DNA of 64,000 bases from an uncultured Bifidobacterium sp. (GCA_964449085.1 CAYVAV010000005.1:785-64784); one strand, 5' to 3'. Shown: positions 36,545 through 47,749, counted from the first letter of the stretch. Notes: generated from the letters alone by a model not told the origin. A program made the numbers and translations.

Positions 36545-37996
36545 ATGGCCTCGTCACTTGCCACTCATCACGACTATCGCGTCGCTGATCTCAACCTTGC
36601 ACCATTTGGTCGCAAGGAAATTCATCTCGCCGAACACGAGATGCCAGGTCTGCGTTCTTTGCGCAAAGAATTCGGCGCGATTAAACCGTTGAAGGGCGCG
36701 CGCATCTCTGGTTCATTGCACATGACGATTCAGACGGCCGTTCTGATTGAAACCCTTGTTGAGTTAGGTGCAGAAGTCCGATGGGCAAGTTGCAATATTT
36801 TCTCCACACAAGATCACGCCGCGGCGGCAGTTGTGGTGGGCCCGAATGGAACGATTGACGATCCGCAAGGAGTTCCGGTGTTTGCTTGGAAGGGCGAAAC
36901 ATTGGAGGAGTACTGGTGGTGTACAGAGCAGATGTTGACATGGCCTGATGGTCAATTGCCGAACATGATTTTGGATGACGGTGGCGATGCGACCCTTCTT
37001 ATTCATAAAGGTGCCGAATATGAAAAGGCCGGAGCAGTCCCTGATCCAGCATCTGCGTCCAACCCAGAGCTCGCAATTGTTCTTGGTTTGTTGCAGCGTT
37101 CGTTGAAACAAGATCCCACCAAGTGGCAAACAATGGCCGCATCGGTCAAGGGTGTGACCGAGGAGACCACCACTGGAGTGAAGCGTCTCTACAAGATGGC
37201 AGAACGCAATGAATTGTTGTTCCCTGCGATCAACGTGAACGACAGTGTGACGAAGAGCAAATTTGACAACCTTTATGGATGCCGTCACTCGCTCATCGAT
37301 GCAATCAATCGTGCGACCGACATCATGATCTCCGGAAAACTCGCAGTGGTTTGCGGCTACGGCGATGTTGGCAAGGGATGCGCGCAAAGTCTCCGTGGAC
37401 AGGGCGCCCGCGTGGTTGTGACGGAAATCGACCCCATCAACGCTTTGCAGGCTGCGATGGAGGGTTATCAAGTCGACACAATCGAGAACGTGTTGAGCAC
37501 AGCTGACATCTTTGTAACCGCGACTGGTAATGAAGCGATTATCACAGCAGAGCACATGTCAAAGATGAAGCACAACGCGATTGTGTGCAACATTGGGCAC
37601 TTTGATAACGAAATCGACATGATCGGTTTGGCTCGTAGTGGTGCGACACGTGATGAACTGAAGCCTGGAACTGATTTATGGACGTTTGCCGATGGGCATT
37701 CGATCATCGTGCTGGCAGAAGGTCGACTGGTGAACCTGGGATGCGCAACAGGCCACCCCAGTTTTGTGATGAGTTGCTCTTTCAGCAACCAAGTGATTGC
37801 TCAGATCGAATTGTTCAACAACACAGAAAAATATCCGCTCGGCGTATATGTGTTGCCAAAACATCTTGATGAAAAAGTTGCAGTAGCACACCTGGATGCC
37901 TTGGGAGTTCGTTTGACCAAATTGACCGACGAACAAGCTGAGTACCTAGGCATTGAGCCATCTGGTCCGTTCAAGCCCGAGCATTATCGTTACTAA
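36545..37996 (+). CDS. ahcY: Adenosylhomocysteinase (S-adenosyl-L-homocysteine hydrolase)
   Basis: [16 protein letters not shown] start and the [23 protein letters not shown] motif. AGGAG lies 5 nt upstream of ATG 36545. Confidence 0.95.
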   Translation: MASSLATHHDYRVADLNLAPFGRKEIHLAEHEMPGLRSLRKEFGAIKPLKGARISGSLHMTIQTAVLIETLVELGAEVRWASCNIFSTQDHAAAAVVVGPNGTIDDPQGVPVFAWKGETLEEYWWCTEQMLTWPDGQLPNMILDDGGDATLLIHKGAEYEKAGAVPDPASASNPELAIVLGLLQRSLKQDPTKWQTMAASVKGVTEETTTGVKRLYKMAERNELLFPAINVNDSVTKSKFDNLYGCRHSLIDAINRATDIMISGKLAVVCGYGDVGKGCAQSLRGQGARVVVTEIDPINALQAAMEGYQVDTIENVLSTADIFVTATGNEAIITAEHMSKMKHNAIVCNIGHFDNEIDMIGLARSGATRDELKPGTDLWTFADGHSIIVLAEGRLVNLGCATGHPSFVMSCSFSNQVIAQIELFNNTEKYPLGVYVLPKHLDEKVAVAHLDALGVRLTKLTDEQAEYLGIEPSGPFKPEHYRY

Positions 37997-38010
37997 TGCC
38001 GTAGATGTGA

Positions 38011-38535
38011 ATGCATCTCGCACATGAGTGGGTGTCTTCACAACATTTAAGTCCGCAACATTCTGTTGTGGTGGTTCATGATTTCGCTGGAGAAGTTCGT
38101 CGCAAAATCTTGGCGGCCAAGTATCGAAATGAACGTCGGTATTTGCGCGAGTTTGCCCAAGACATTGCGTCGCGTCTTCAGCACTATGACGTGACGCCCC
38201 AGACGGTCATTACGTGGGCTCCTACAAGTGATGCGAGACGTCGCATCCGAGGTGTTGATCAATCAGAGATCTTGGCTCGACACGTTGCAGCATTTTCGCG
38301 TTTACCAACAAAGCGACTGTTGCGGAAGGTCACACGGATCGCTCAAACAGGAGCACCTCGGGTGCAGCGCCTTTCGCAGGTGCAGTTCATTGCACGAGTA
38401 CCTCGCCATGTGACCTCAGTGATTGTGATTGATGATGTTGTGACAACTGGAGCCACTATGAACGCGGCCGTCGCGGCGCTGCAGAATCAGGGAGTCCGTT
38501 CCGTGCTGTGCGTCGCGATCGCGGCAACACGGTGA
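38011..38535 (+). CDS. ComF-family phosphoribosyltransferase-domain protein (short form)
   Basis: VIVIDDVVTTGATM PRPP-binding loop, positioned upstream of secA as in many actinobacteria. The usual N-terminal Cys-rich zinc finger is missing. Confidence 0.7.
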   Translation: MHLAHEWVSSQHLSPQHSVVVVHDFAGEVRRKILAAKYRNERRYLREFAQDIASRLQHYDVTPQTVITWAPTSDARRRIRGVDQSEILARHVAAFSRLPTKRLLRKVTRIAQTGAPRVQRLSQVQFIARVPRHVTSVIVIDDVVTTGATMNAAVAALQNQGVRSVLCVAIAATR

Positions 38536-38576
38536 CCAGAGAGCACGAGAGATGAAGGGGTAGGCTCGTCCTTCGC

Positions 38577-41363
38577 ATGGGAATCCTTGACCGCGTCCTT
38601 CGAGCCGGTGACGGCAAAAGGGTCAAGGCCCTCCAAGGTCTTGTCCCCGATATCAATGCCCGAGCCGCAGAATACGCGGCTCTCTCTGACGTTGCCTTGC
38701 AGGGCAAAACAGCTGAGTTTCGCTCGCGGCTAGAACGCGGTGAGGACCTCGATGACATCTTGATCGAGGCATTCGCGGCTATGCGTGAAGCAGCAACGCG
38801 AGTAATCGGCCAGCGACACTACGACGTGCAGTTGATGGGTGGTGCAGCACTTCACTTTGGCTGGGTCGCTGAAATGAAAACTGGAGAAGGTAAGACGCTC
38901 GTATCGACATTGCCCGCATACCTCAACGGCTTGTCCGGTAAGGGCGTACATCTCATCACCGTAAACGATTACTTAGCACGACGAGACGCCGAGTGGATGG
39001 GTCGCATTCACCGTTGGATGAATTTGTCTGTCGGTTTGGTCATTCCAGGTTTTCGTGAGAGCAGTGTCGAAAAGCGCGCGGAGTACGCATGTGACATCAC
39101 ATACGGCACCAACAATGAGTTTGGATTTGATTACCTGCGTGACAACATGGCGACAACGCTTGAGGACAAAGTCCAACGTGGACATAATTTTGCAATTGTT
39201 GACGAAGTCGACAGCATCCTTATTGACGAAGCTCGCACACCACTCATTATTTCCGGGCGCATGTCCGATGCTGCACAGATGTACTACAAGTTTGCGAGCA
39301 TCGTGCGCACACTCGAACGAGATCGCGACTACGACGTGCAGGAAGACAAGAAAATTGTGTTTCCAACCGAGTCCGGTATCGAAAAGGTTGAAGAGCAACT
39401 TGGCATTGACAACTTGTATGACGAGGTGCAGCAAAACTTGGTGCACCAGTTGCAAGTGGCATTACGTGCAAAAGAGATCTACAAGCGCGACAAGGACTAC
39501 ATCGTTGATAATGGCGAGATCAAGATTGTCGATGAGTTCACAGGTCGCATTCTTGAGGGACGTCGTTGGAGTGAGGGCATTCACCAGGCTGTAGAGGCCA
39601 AAGAGGGTGTCAAGATCAAAGAGGAAAACCAAACCCTCGCCACGATTACGTTGCAGAACTACTTCCGTATGTACGACAAATTGGCTGGTATGACAGGTAC
39701 CGCTCAAACCGAAGCTGCTGAGTTAGTGAATACGTACAGCCTCCAGGTGGTGCCTATTCCAACGAATAAACCCACTATTCGCATTGATCAGCCAGACCTC
39801 ATCTATAAGTCAGAAATCGCAAAGTTCAATGCTGTGGTTGAAGACATTGCAGAACGTGTGGAGCGTGGACAACCAGTGTTAGTGGGCACTATCAGTGTTG
39901 AGAAAAGCGAATACTTGTCACGCCTGCTGCAAAAACGCGGCATCAAGCACGAGGTGTTGAATGCGAAACAACACACTCGTGAAGCAATGATTGTGACTCA
40001 AGCTGGTCGCCGTGGCGCTGTCACGGTTGCAACGAACATGGCCGGTCGTGGTGTTGACATTTTGCTTGGTGGTAACCCTGAGGGTCTTGCGCGGCAAAAA
40101 GTGCTTGGCGAGGGATATGCCCCAGAGTTGCTGGCGGATGAATTCGCATTACCGCTGCCTCTTGATCGGATGCCAGAGGACTATCGCGCACAACGTGTCG
40201 AGGCGTTGAAGCGTTACGACGAGGTTCTTGCTGGTTTTAAAGAAGCGTGCAAGAAAGAGGGCGATGAAATTCGAGCACTTGGTGGCCTATACGTGCTTGG
40301 TACCGAACGCCATGACAGTCGCCGTATCGACAATCAGTTGCGCGGTCGCTCTGGTCGTCAAGGCGACCCTGGTGAGAGTCGTTTCTATTTAAGTCTTGAT
40401 GATGACCTGATGCGGTTGTTTGCAACGGGCGCCTTGAGTTGGGTGATGGGTCGCGCACTGCCCGATGACGAAGCAATCGAGGCAAAGATGGTCACGCGTG
40501 CGATTGAACGCGCGCAAACCACTGTTGAGCAGCGCAACGGAGAAATTCGAAAGAATGTTCTCAAGTACGACGAGGTGATGAACGAACAACGCAAGGTGAT
40601 TTACCAGCGTCGTGACCAGATTCTCGCCGGAGTTGACTTGAAAGCCGCAGCGATGGAATACCTCGCAGAAGCTGTGAACGCGCTGATCGAAACCTATTGC
40701 GTCTCTGAAGCAAGTGATGAGTGGGACGTTGAGGGACTTACTCAAGAACTTCACACCTACTGGCCAACATCTGTTTCGATCGAACAATTGACGGCAGCAC
40801 ACAACACTGACGACATCTATGACACGGTGATGGCTGACGCCAGCGCGTACTACGAAGGTCGCGAAACTGAAATGGGCAGTGATGTCCTTCGCCAAATCGA
40901 ACGTCAAGTGATGTTGCGCATTATTGATCAGCGTTGGCGCGAGCACCTCGAGGAGATGGACTATCTCCAAGAGGGCATCAACTTGCGCGCGATGGGTCAA
41001 AAAGATCCACTCAGCGAATGGCAGCGGGAAGGATATGAGATGTTCGGTCACATGATGACCGGAATCGCTCAAGACTTTGTGCGCTACATCATGCACGTAC
41101 AAGTGGTGCGTGACGACATTCCGGCCTCAACGGTGCGCAATGTGCAGGAGATCTCAAGCGAGTCAGTGAACATGGGTGGCTTCGAGAGCGCCGCGAGTTT
41201 GGGCGATCTTGATGAAGACTCAGAGATGCCAGCTCAAGAGATGCCACAACAACCTCAGCGACCCGTTGTGAAGGATGCGAACGATTGGTCTAGTACGCCT
41301 CGTAACGCGCCATGTCCGTGTGGGTCAGGGAAGAAATACAAGTTGTGCCACGGCGCTAACTAG
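38577..41363 (+). CDS. secA: Preprotein translocase ATPase SecA
   Basis: MKTGEGKTL Walker A, DEVDSILIDEARTPLIISG, and the C-terminal zinc-binding CPCGSGKKYKLCHG. Confidence 0.97.
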   Translation: MGILDRVLRAGDGKRVKALQGLVPDINARAAEYAALSDVALQGKTAEFRSRLERGEDLDDILIEAFAAMREAATRVIGQRHYDVQLMGGAALHFGWVAEMKTGEGKTLVSTLPAYLNGLSGKGVHLITVNDYLARRDAEWMGRIHRWMNLSVGLVIPGFRESSVEKRAEYACDITYGTNNEFGFDYLRDNMATTLEDKVQRGHNFAIVDEVDSILIDEARTPLIISGRMSDAAQMYYKFASIVRTLERDRDYDVQEDKKIVFPTESGIEKVEEQLGIDNLYDEVQQNLVHQLQVALRAKEIYKRDKDYIVDNGEIKIVDEFTGRILEGRRWSEGIHQAVEAKEGVKIKEENQTLATITLQNYFRMYDKLAGMTGTAQTEAAELVNTYSLQVVPIPTNKPTIRIDQPDLIYKSEIAKFNAVVEDIAERVERGQPVLVGTISVEKSEYLSRLLQKRGIKHEVLNAKQHTREAMIVTQAGRRGAVTVATNMAGRGVDILLGGNPEGLARQKVLGEGYAPELLADEFALPLPLDRMPEDYRAQRVEALKRYDEVLAGFKEACKKEGDEIRALGGLYVLGTERHDSRRIDNQLRGRSGRQGDPGESRFYLSLDDDLMRLFATGALSWVMGRALPDDEAIEAKMVTRAIERAQTTVEQRNGEIRKNVLKYDEVMNEQRKVIYQRRDQILAGVDLKAAAMEYLAEAVNALIETYCVSEASDEWDVEGLTQELHTYWPTSVSIEQLTAAHNTDDIYDTVMADASAYYEGRETEMGSDVLRQIERQVMLRIIDQRWREHLEEMDYLQEGINLRAMGQKDPLSEWQREGYEMFGHMMTGIAQDFVRYIMHVQVVRDDIPASTVRNVQEISSESVNMGGFESAASLGDLDEDSEMPAQEMPQQPQRPVVKDANDWSSTPRNAPCPCGSGKKYKLCHGAN

Positions 41364-41381
41364 TACATCCTGGTTTTTCTC

Positions 41382-42488
41382 ATGCGTGATTTCACTAGTG
41401 ACCTTCGTGAATTGTCGGGTCGTTTATCTGAGGCCAAGAAATATCTGCGTATTGACCAACTCACTGAACGCTTGGTTGAAGTCGAAAAGGAAGTTTCGCG
41501 ACCTGATCTGTGGGATGACCAAGAATTAGCAAAGAAGGTGAACGCGGAATACTCCAACATCAAATCTGACATCGATGAGTACAACAAATTGCGTTCGTTG
41601 CTTGAAGATGTCGAAGTACTTCACGAACTCGCACGCGAAGTCGATGACGCGTCCCAAGAAGACGAAATCGAGTCGGGTATCAGTCAAATTGCCAGCATGT
41701 TGTCGACAGTTGAATTACGCAGCATGTTCACAGGTGAACATGCTGAAGCGGATTGCATAGTGCAGATTAATGCCAAAGACGGTGGTGTTGATGCTCAGGA
41801 TTGGGCTGAAGTGCTGTTACGTATGTATAAGCGTTGGGCAGAGCGTCGTGGATATGTCTTTGAAGTGGATGACATCAGTCAGGGAACAGAAGCTGGCATT
41901 TTGTCAGCGGAGTTCACTATCAAGGGTCGTTATGCGTATGGGCTCATGACTTCGGAACGAGGCACGCATCGTCTCGTGCGAATCAGTCCTTTTGATAACC
42001 AAGGTCGTCGCCAAACTAGTTTTGCTCTAGTCCAGGTGTGGCCAGTGATGGAAGCACCCGAAGTAGAGATCAATGAAAGCGATCTACGTATGGAAGTGTT
42101 CCGTGCGTCAGGTGCAGGTGGACAACATGTCAACAAAACATCTTCTGCCGTGCGTCTGATTCATGAGCCAACAGGGCTTGTTGCTAGCAGTCAAGAAGAA
42201 CGCAGCCAATTGCAAAACCGCGAAAAGGCGATGAATCGTTTGAAGGCGATGGTTGCAGCGCGTTTAGAAGAAGAACATCAAGCAGAACGCGACCGAATCG
42301 CCGGTAAGCCCGCACAAATTGGTTGGGGTAGTCAAATTCGCTCGTATGTGATGCAGCCATATCAGATGGTGAAGGATCTGCGTACAGAAGTGGAATCGGG
42401 CAATGTGACAGCAGTCCTTGACGGTGATCTTGATGCCTTTATGGAAGGCTATTTGCGCTGGAGACGCGCCACTGAGGGCGGGAACTGA
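41382..42488 (+). CDS. prfB: Peptide chain release factor 2
   Basis: SPF tripeptide context (RISPFD) and the GGQ motif ([17 protein letters not shown]). Encoded in one uninterrupted frame. Confidence 0.95.
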   Translation: MRDFTSDLRELSGRLSEAKKYLRIDQLTERLVEVEKEVSRPDLWDDQELAKKVNAEYSNIKSDIDEYNKLRSLLEDVEVLHELAREVDDASQEDEIESGISQIASMLSTVELRSMFTGEHAEADCIVQINAKDGGVDAQDWAEVLLRMYKRWAERRGYVFEVDDISQGTEAGILSAEFTIKGRYAYGLMTSERGTHRLVRISPFDNQGRRQTSFALVQVWPVMEAPEVEINESDLRMEVFRASGAGGQHVNKTSSAVRLIHEPTGLVASSQEERSQLQNREKAMNRLKAMVAARLEEEHQAERDRIAGKPAQIGWGSQIRSYVMQPYQMVKDLRTEVESGNVTAVLDGDLDAFMEGYLRWRRATEGGN

Positions 42489-42529
42489 CCCATGTTGAGC
42501 GCTCGTCACTGATAGGTTGCCCACGTCCC

Positions 42530-43207
42530 ATGATTCGTTTAGAAAATGTCACGAAGGCGTACAACAATGACACCACAGCCTTACGGGATGTGTCGTTCGA
42601 CATTCCCAAAGGCGAGTTTGTCTTTCTCGTCGGGCCTTCCGGAAGCGGTAAATCCACGTTGTTGCGTCTGATGAATCGTCAGGAACGCCCAGAGCGGGGG
42701 TCCGTGTGGGTTGCAGGAGCCAACATCAACGAATTGGCTGAAAGCCGTATTCCGTACTTGCGACGCACGATGGGGAATGTATTTCAAGACTACAAACTGT
42801 TGCCAAACAAAACAGTGTTTGAAAACGTGGCATTCGCATTAGAAGTAATCGGCAAACCTCGCCACGTCATCAATCAACAAGTCCCGCAAGTTCTTGAACT
42901 AGTGGGCTTGGCTGGCAAGGAAGATCGTTTCCCCAATCAATTGTCTGGTGGCGAGCAACAGCGTGTATCGATAGCCAGAGCGTTCGTCAATCGCCCGGTG
43001 ATTTTGCTTGCTGATGAACCCACCGGCAACCTGGATCCGGCGACTGGTGAGGGAATCATGTCGCTTCTTGATTCCATCAATCGCTTCGGAACCACGGTCG
43101 TGATGGCAACACATGACCACCGTGTGGTGAACGCAATGCGTCGGCGAGTGATTCAGCTCGACCGTGGTGTCGTAGTGCGTGACCAAGAGCGTGGAGTGTA
43201 CGAATAG
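42530..43207 (+). CDS. ftsE: Cell-division ABC ATPase FtsE
   Basis: GPSGSGKST Walker [15 protein letters not shown] signature, and an [11 protein letters not shown] start. Confidence 0.95.
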   Translation: MIRLENVTKAYNNDTTALRDVSFDIPKGEFVFLVGPSGSGKSTLLRLMNRQERPERGSVWVAGANINELAESRIPYLRRTMGNVFQDYKLLPNKTVFENVAFALEVIGKPRHVINQQVPQVLELVGLAGKEDRFPNQLSGGEQQRVSIARAFVNRPVILLADEPTGNLDPATGEGIMSLLDSINRFGTTVVMATHDHRVVNAMRRRVIQLDRGVVVRDQERGVYE

Positions 43208-44112
43208 TGTTTCAGCGCGTTTCGTATGCCTTGCGCGAGACTTTCGCCAGTTTTCGACGCAACATGACGCTGTCGCTGGCAGCAATCTTGACGTCAGCGG
43301 TTTCTCTATTGCTGGTGGGAACCACATTTCTCATCCAGCGTGCTTTCGACAATCTTCTTGTGCAGTGGCGCGGTGATGTCGGAATGATCGTGTTTGTTCG
43401 CCCTGATGCAGAGGATGAACAGATCAAATTCATTGAGGAAAGTCTTCGCTCGCAGCCAAACGTCATCAATGTCGAGAAGTTGACCTACCTTGACAAGACC
43501 GCGAGCTTTGATGAAGCCAAGCGAGTATTTGCCAATGATCCAACAACATTGAGTTTGTTGACTGTTGAGACGGTGCCGTCACAATTCAAAGTCGTTCCGA
43601 TCACCACCGACACTGTGTTGGTACGTAACTTGGCGGACCAGTATCGACAACTACCTGGAGTACAAGCTGTGTCTCTTGCCGAAGACGAATTTGAGGTGAT
43701 CTCTACTTTGTCGCAATTTGTGCGTGTTGTCACTATCGCTATGTCTCTGGTACTTCTTGCGGTGGCAGTGGTTCTCATCTGGAACACGATTCGTACTGCA
43801 ATGTTTGCACGACGTCGCGAGATTGAAGTGATGAAGTTAGTGGGTGCGACAAACTGGTTCATCCGTGTTCCGTTTATGTTGGAAGGCCTCATCCAAGGGC
43901 TGCTTGGTGCGGTGGTGTCCTGTGTGGGGCTCTGGGGGTTGAACGAAGCGTGGACATCGGGTGTTGCCGGATTCAAGCCCGGCACAGGCGTCAGTTCTCT
44001 CGTTGTTCCAGGCGGATACGTAAACGGCGTCATGATTTCACTTATCATTGTCGGTGCTGTGGCAGGTGCAGTTGGTTCTGGCGTCGCAGCCTCGAAGTTC
44101 CTAGACGTCTAG
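43207..44112 (+). CDS. ftsX: Cell-division ABC permease-like protein FtsX
   Basis: Overlaps the ftsE stop. Has 4 TM segments, an extracellular domain and the conserved MKLVGATNWFIRVPF segment. Confidence 0.9.
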   Translation: MFQRVSYALRETFASFRRNMTLSLAAILTSAVSLLLVGTTFLIQRAFDNLLVQWRGDVGMIVFVRPDAEDEQIKFIEESLRSQPNVINVEKLTYLDKTASFDEAKRVFANDPTTLSLLTVETVPSQFKVVPITTDTVLVRNLADQYRQLPGVQAVSLAEDEFEVISTLSQFVRVVTIAMSLVLLAVAVVLIWNTIRTAMFARRREIEVMKLVGATNWFIRVPFMLEGLIQGLLGAVVSCVGLWGLNEAWTSGVAGFKPGTGVSSLVVPGGYVNGVMISLIIVGAVAGAVGSGVAASKFLDV

Positions 44113-44129
44113 TGAGTAATGTCATTTAG

Positions 44130-44990
44130 GTGACATATTCTGAAATTCAATACGACGTCAGCGATCACATCGCAACCATCACGTTGTATCGCCCCGACAA
44201 ACTCAATGCATTTACTGGAACGATGATGAACGAGATCATCGACGCCTTTGATCGAACTGATGCAGACGACGACGTACACGCGGTGATCATCACTGGTTCT
44301 GGTCGCGGATTTTGTGCAGGAGCTGATCTGTCATCTGGAGCGAGCACTTTTGCTAAAGGCGGAAGTGACGTCAAAGACAATGGTGGAATCGTGCGAGACG
44401 GTGGTGGTCTATTAACCCTGCGCATTTTCCGCAGTCTGAAGCCCGTCATTGGTGCGATCAATGGTGCAGCTGTTGGCGTGGGTGTCACGATGACATTGCC
44501 AATGGATATTCGTATTGCATCGGATGCAGCAAAGTTTGGTTTTGTGTTTGCAAAGCGGGGCATTGTCCCTGAAGCATGTTCGTCGTGGTTCTTGCCACGA
44601 CTTGTGGGTATTTCGCAAGCGGCAGAGTGGGTGTACACCGGTCGCGTGTTCTCAGCGCAAGAAGCACTTGATGGCGGTCTCATTCGTAGCATTCATGCTC
44701 CCGATGACCTTTTGCCCACTGCACGTGCATTAGCTAAAGAAATCTCAGACAACGCTGCGCCTGTTTCAGTCGCAACGTCACGTCTCATGTTGTGGCGGAT
44801 GATGGGAGCATCGCATCCGATGGAAGCTCATCGTGTTGATTCCCGAGGAATCATGGAACGTGGACGTAGCAACGACTCGAAAGAAGGTGTGGTCAGCTTT
44901 CTCGAAAAGCGACCCGCTGTGTATCCCGACAAGGTGAGCGACGGCATCCCCGATATCTTCCCGGACTGGGTAGAACCTGAGTTTCACTAG
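44130..44990 (+). CDS. Enoyl-CoA hydratase/isomerase (crotonase) family protein
   Basis: ITGSGRGFCAGADL oxyanion-hole motif and a crotonase-fold pattern. GTG start. Confidence 0.85.
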   Translation: MTYSEIQYDVSDHIATITLYRPDKLNAFTGTMMNEIIDAFDRTDADDDVHAVIITGSGRGFCAGADLSSGASTFAKGGSDVKDNGGIVRDGGGLLTLRIFRSLKPVIGAINGAAVGVGVTMTLPMDIRIASDAAKFGFVFAKRGIVPEACSSWFLPRLVGISQAAEWVYTGRVFSAQEALDGGLIRSIHAPDDLLPTARALAKEISDNAAPVSVATSRLMLWRMMGASHPMEAHRVDSRGIMERGRSNDSKEGVVSFLEKRPAVYPDKVSDGIPDIFPDWVEPEFH

Positions 44991-45380
44991 GTGAACATGT
45001 TGTTCGACACGGTCGGAGGCGAGAAGTTTTTCGTTGATCTTGTTGATCGTTTTTACGATGGTGTTGAAACAGATCAAGTTCTTCTTCCCCTGTATCCAGA
45101 AGGTAGTGCCACCATTGGTGCGAGGCGGCGCCTGTCGCTCTTTTTGATGCAGTATTTCGGTGGACCGGATACGTACATGCAAGAGCGCGGACATCCGCGT
45201 TTGCGTATGCGTCATTTCCCGTACGCGATTGGTGAGAAGGAGCGCGATCATTGGTTGCTACACATGGTTTCTGCCATTGATGTATCAGTAGCTGAGCTGC
45301 CTGTTGAATTTCAGGTAGATGTGCGCGATGAACTTGTCGGATACATGGTGAATGCGGCAGAACATCTCCGCAACCAATAG
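44991..45380 (+). CDS. glbO: Group II truncated haemoglobin (trHbO-like)
   Basis: FDTVGGEKFF...RFYDGV...MQYFGGPDTYMQERGHPRLRMRHFPYAIG is the trHbO signature. Starts directly after the previous stop. Confidence 0.85.
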   Translation: MNMLFDTVGGEKFFVDLVDRFYDGVETDQVLLPLYPEGSATIGARRRLSLFLMQYFGGPDTYMQERGHPRLRMRHFPYAIGEKERDHWLLHMVSAIDVSVAELPVEFQVDVRDELVGYMVNAAEHLRNQ

Positions 45381-45411
45381 TTACAAAAGACGCGAGAGAA
45401 AAACTCGAGCG

Positions 45412-46221
45412 TTATCGTGGGCCTAGTTCGTGCATCGCAATTGCTGCCGCAACCCCCACATTCAACGAGTCAACACCGTGGTGCATAGGAATGCGCACAT
45501 GGTGCATGGCTCGCGTCAACGCATCGTGGCTGAGGCCGTCGCGTTCACTACCAAGTGCCAACGCACGTTTTTCTGGTAGCGGAGTAGAAAGTGAACGAAT
45601 ATCGGACGCGTCTTGGTGAGGCGTGAGTGCAAACACGGTGTGATGAGTGGACACGATTTCAAACGGGGACTGTGTGGGATCGGTGCGTGCGAACGGTAGC
45701 GATAGTGCGGCGCCCATAGAAACACGTAATGCTCTTCGGGCGAGTGGGTCCGCACTTGTTGCGTCAAGAAGAATTGCATCCCAGCCGAGTGCAGCTGCTG
45801 AGCGCACAATGGCGCCAACGTTGGTGGGGTTATCGATGGCCTCGAGCACGACGATACGACTATTTCCCGCCACTAGTTCGATTGGGTCGCGGTGCGCGGG
45901 TCGGCGAAAGACACCCGTTGCTTCCAATGGGACGCCGAGTCCAGTGACATCTTGTCTTACGGCAGCAGAGGCGACATACACAGGAACGTCCTCTGTCAGG
46001 GTTGATGAGAGTACTTCCGCGTGTCGAGATGAGCAAAGCAATGCAACAGGACTGTGTGATGTGGAAATCGCTCGATCGACAACGAGATCACCTTCAGCTA
46101 CAAAGAGTCCCGCACCTACTTTTTCTGCTCGTTGTGGTTTGTTTGCAAGTTGTCGTTCTCGCCATCGAAATACGTCCAAGCGTTCGTCACTTGGATCGGT
46201 AATTTCGATCAGTACAGCCAC
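45412..46221 (-). CDS. TrmH/SpoU-family RNA 2'-O-methyltransferase
   Basis: NPTNVGAIVRSAAALG and SLNVGVAAAIAMHE motifs. Confidence 0.85.
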   Translation of the reverse strand: MAVLIEITDPSDERLDVFRWRERQLANKPQRAEKVGAGLFVAEGDLVVDRAISTSHSPVALLCSSRHAEVLSSTLTEDVPVYVASAAVRQDVTGLGVPLEATGVFRRPAHRDPIELVAGNSRIVVLEAIDNPTNVGAIVRSAAALGWDAILLDATSADPLARRALRVSMGAALSLPFARTDPTQSPFEIVSTHHTVFALTPHQDASDIRSLSTPLPEKRALALGSERDGLSHDALTRAMHHVRIPMHHGVDSLNVGVAAAIAMHELGPR

Positions 46222-47147
46222 GGGTAGTCAGACCAATCGGGGTCGCGCTTTTCCAAAAATGATGCACGACCTTCTTGTGCTTCGTCTGTCATGTACGCAA
46301 GACGGGTCGCTTCGCCAGCAAATACCTGTTGGCCCACAAGTCCGTCATCAATCAGGTTGAATGAAAACTTCAGCATGCGTTGCGCGGTGGGACTCTTGCC
46401 GTTGATTTTTCGACCCCATTCCAATGCGACTTTCTCCAGATCAGCGTGTGTCACCACCGCGTTCACCATGCCCATGCGATGAGCGTCATCGGCGCTGTAT
46501 TCATCTCCTAGGAAGAAGATCTCTCGTGCAAATTTCTGTCCTACTTGACGCGCGAGATATGCAGATCCATAGCCACCATCAAACGATGCGACGTCGGCAT
46601 CAGTTTGTTTGAAGCGTGCATGTTCGCGACTTGCAATTGTGAGGTCGGACACAACGTGCAGGCTGTGGCCACCACCAGCAGCCCAACCGGGAACAACACA
46701 GATCACAACTTTTGGCATGAATCGGATGAGTCGTTGCACTTCAAGAATATGCAAGCGACCGGAGCGACCTTTGTCGATCGTGTCCTCTGTTTCACCTTCT
46801 GCGTACTTGTATCCGTCTCGTCCTCTAATGCGTTGATCGCCACCACTACAAAATGCCCATCCGCCATCTTTCGGAGATGGTCCGTTGCCGGTGAGCAACA
46901 CACATCCGACATCGGTTGACATGCGAGCGTGATCTAACGCGGTGAATAGTTCGTCAACGGTGTGGGGACGAAAAGCGTTGCGCACTTCGGGACGATTGAA
47001 TGCGATACGTACCGTTCCGTGTTCCTTTGCTCGATGGTACGTGATGTCGGTGAATGAAAAATCGGGGACATCGGTCCACGCCGCTGGGTCAAAAAGAGGG
47101 GAGATGCTCACGTGTGTATTGTCCCACGAGCAGTGTTGTTGGGGCAT
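46209..47147 (-). CDS. menB: 1,4-dihydroxy-2-naphthoyl-CoA synthase
   Basis: TDITYHRA...TVRIAFNRPEVRNAF and AFCSGGDQRIRG motifs, with a C-terminal FLEKRDPDW. The exact start is uncertain (ATG 47147 or GTG 47111). Confidence 0.9.
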   Translation of the reverse strand: MPQQHCSWDNTHVSISPLFDPAAWTDVPDFSFTDITYHRAKEHGTVRIAFNRPEVRNAFRPHTVDELFTALDHARMSTDVGCVLLTGNGPSPKDGGWAFCSGGDQRIRGRDGYKYAEGETEDTIDKGRSGRLHILEVQRLIRFMPKVVICVVPGWAAGGGHSLHVVSDLTIASREHARFKQTDADVASFDGGYGSAYLARQVGQKFAREIFFLGDEYSADDAHRMGMVNAVVTHADLEKVALEWGRKINGKSPTAQRMLKFSFNLIDDGLVGQQVFAGEATRLAYMTDEAQEGRASFLEKRDPDWSDYPWLY

Positions 47148-47215
47148 ATTTCACGAGCCATCTCATGCAAGATAAGGCTCTGACAGTTTGATTGTGGCGG
47201 TACCGTTTACTGCTC

Positions 47216-47749
47216 ATGTCTACTCTTCTTGCTATTTCTGGCTCATTACGGGCTGCGTCACTAAATACCCGCCTACTGCAGGCATTGCCCGCTCTTGCCC
47301 CCAACGGTGCACAAATTGTGCAGTTCGACATCTCCGATATTCCTCTCTATAACCAAGACCTCGACACAGAAAACGCACCTGACGTGATTAAGGCATTGCG
47401 TTCTGCGGTTAAAGAAGCACACGGTGTCATTTTTGTAACACCTGAGTACAACCACACCATTCCCGCAGTCACAAAAAATGTCGTCGACTGGATGTCGCGA
47501 CCATATAACCAAGGTCATTTGCGCGAAAAGAAAGTCGCTTTATTTGTTGGTTCAATCGGGCCTGAGAGTGGCACGCATTGTTTGGCTCACACTAAAGACT
47601 TGTTGGAGTTGTTAAACAACACAGTTGTGAGTGCGCTAACTGTTGGATCACTACACGAAAAATTGCAGACCATCGATGGTGTTGAAACCGTCATTGATGA
47701 GCACACTGCACAACAGATTAGACACGGATTGTCAGCGCTCGTTTCGTGA
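47216..47749 (+). CDS. NADPH-dependent FMN reductase family protein
   Basis: LLAISGSLRAASLN and TPEYNHTIPAVTKNVVDW motifs. Start at ATG 47216. Confidence 0.8.
   Translation: MSTLLAISGSLRAASLNTRLLQALPALAPNGAQIVQFDISDIPLYNQDLDTENAPDVIKALRSAVKEAHGVIFVTPEYNHTIPAVTKNVVDWMSRPYNQGHLREKKVALFVGSIGPESGTHCLAHTKDLLELLNNTVVSALTVGSLHEKLQTIDGVETVIDEHTAQQIRHGLSALVS

Noticed and set aside
36764-37555. A 263-aa antisense ORF inside ahcY. Similar long antisense ORFs occur at 40389-41102 in secA, 30117-30854 in ftsH, 62747-63334 in pstS and 43485-44048 in ftsX.
   Set aside because: They lie opposite strongly supported conserved genes and have low-complexity or Arg/Ser/Cys-rich composition with no recognisable motifs. 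These are typical shadow ORFs.
41382-42488. The programmed +1 frameshift expected in prfB.
   Set aside because: The whole RF2 (368 aa, from the N-terminal helices through SPF and GGQ) is in one continuous frame with no in-frame UGA near codon 26. No frameshift site is present, as is common in actinobacteria.
44113-44129. smpB and tmRNA (ssrA) expected downstream of ftsE-ftsX.
   Set aside because: ftsX is followed after 17 nt by an enoyl-CoA hydratase gene. No SmpB-like ORF or tmRNA-like sequence (tRNA-Ala-like acceptor end with a tag reading frame) was seen in the following intergenic regions.
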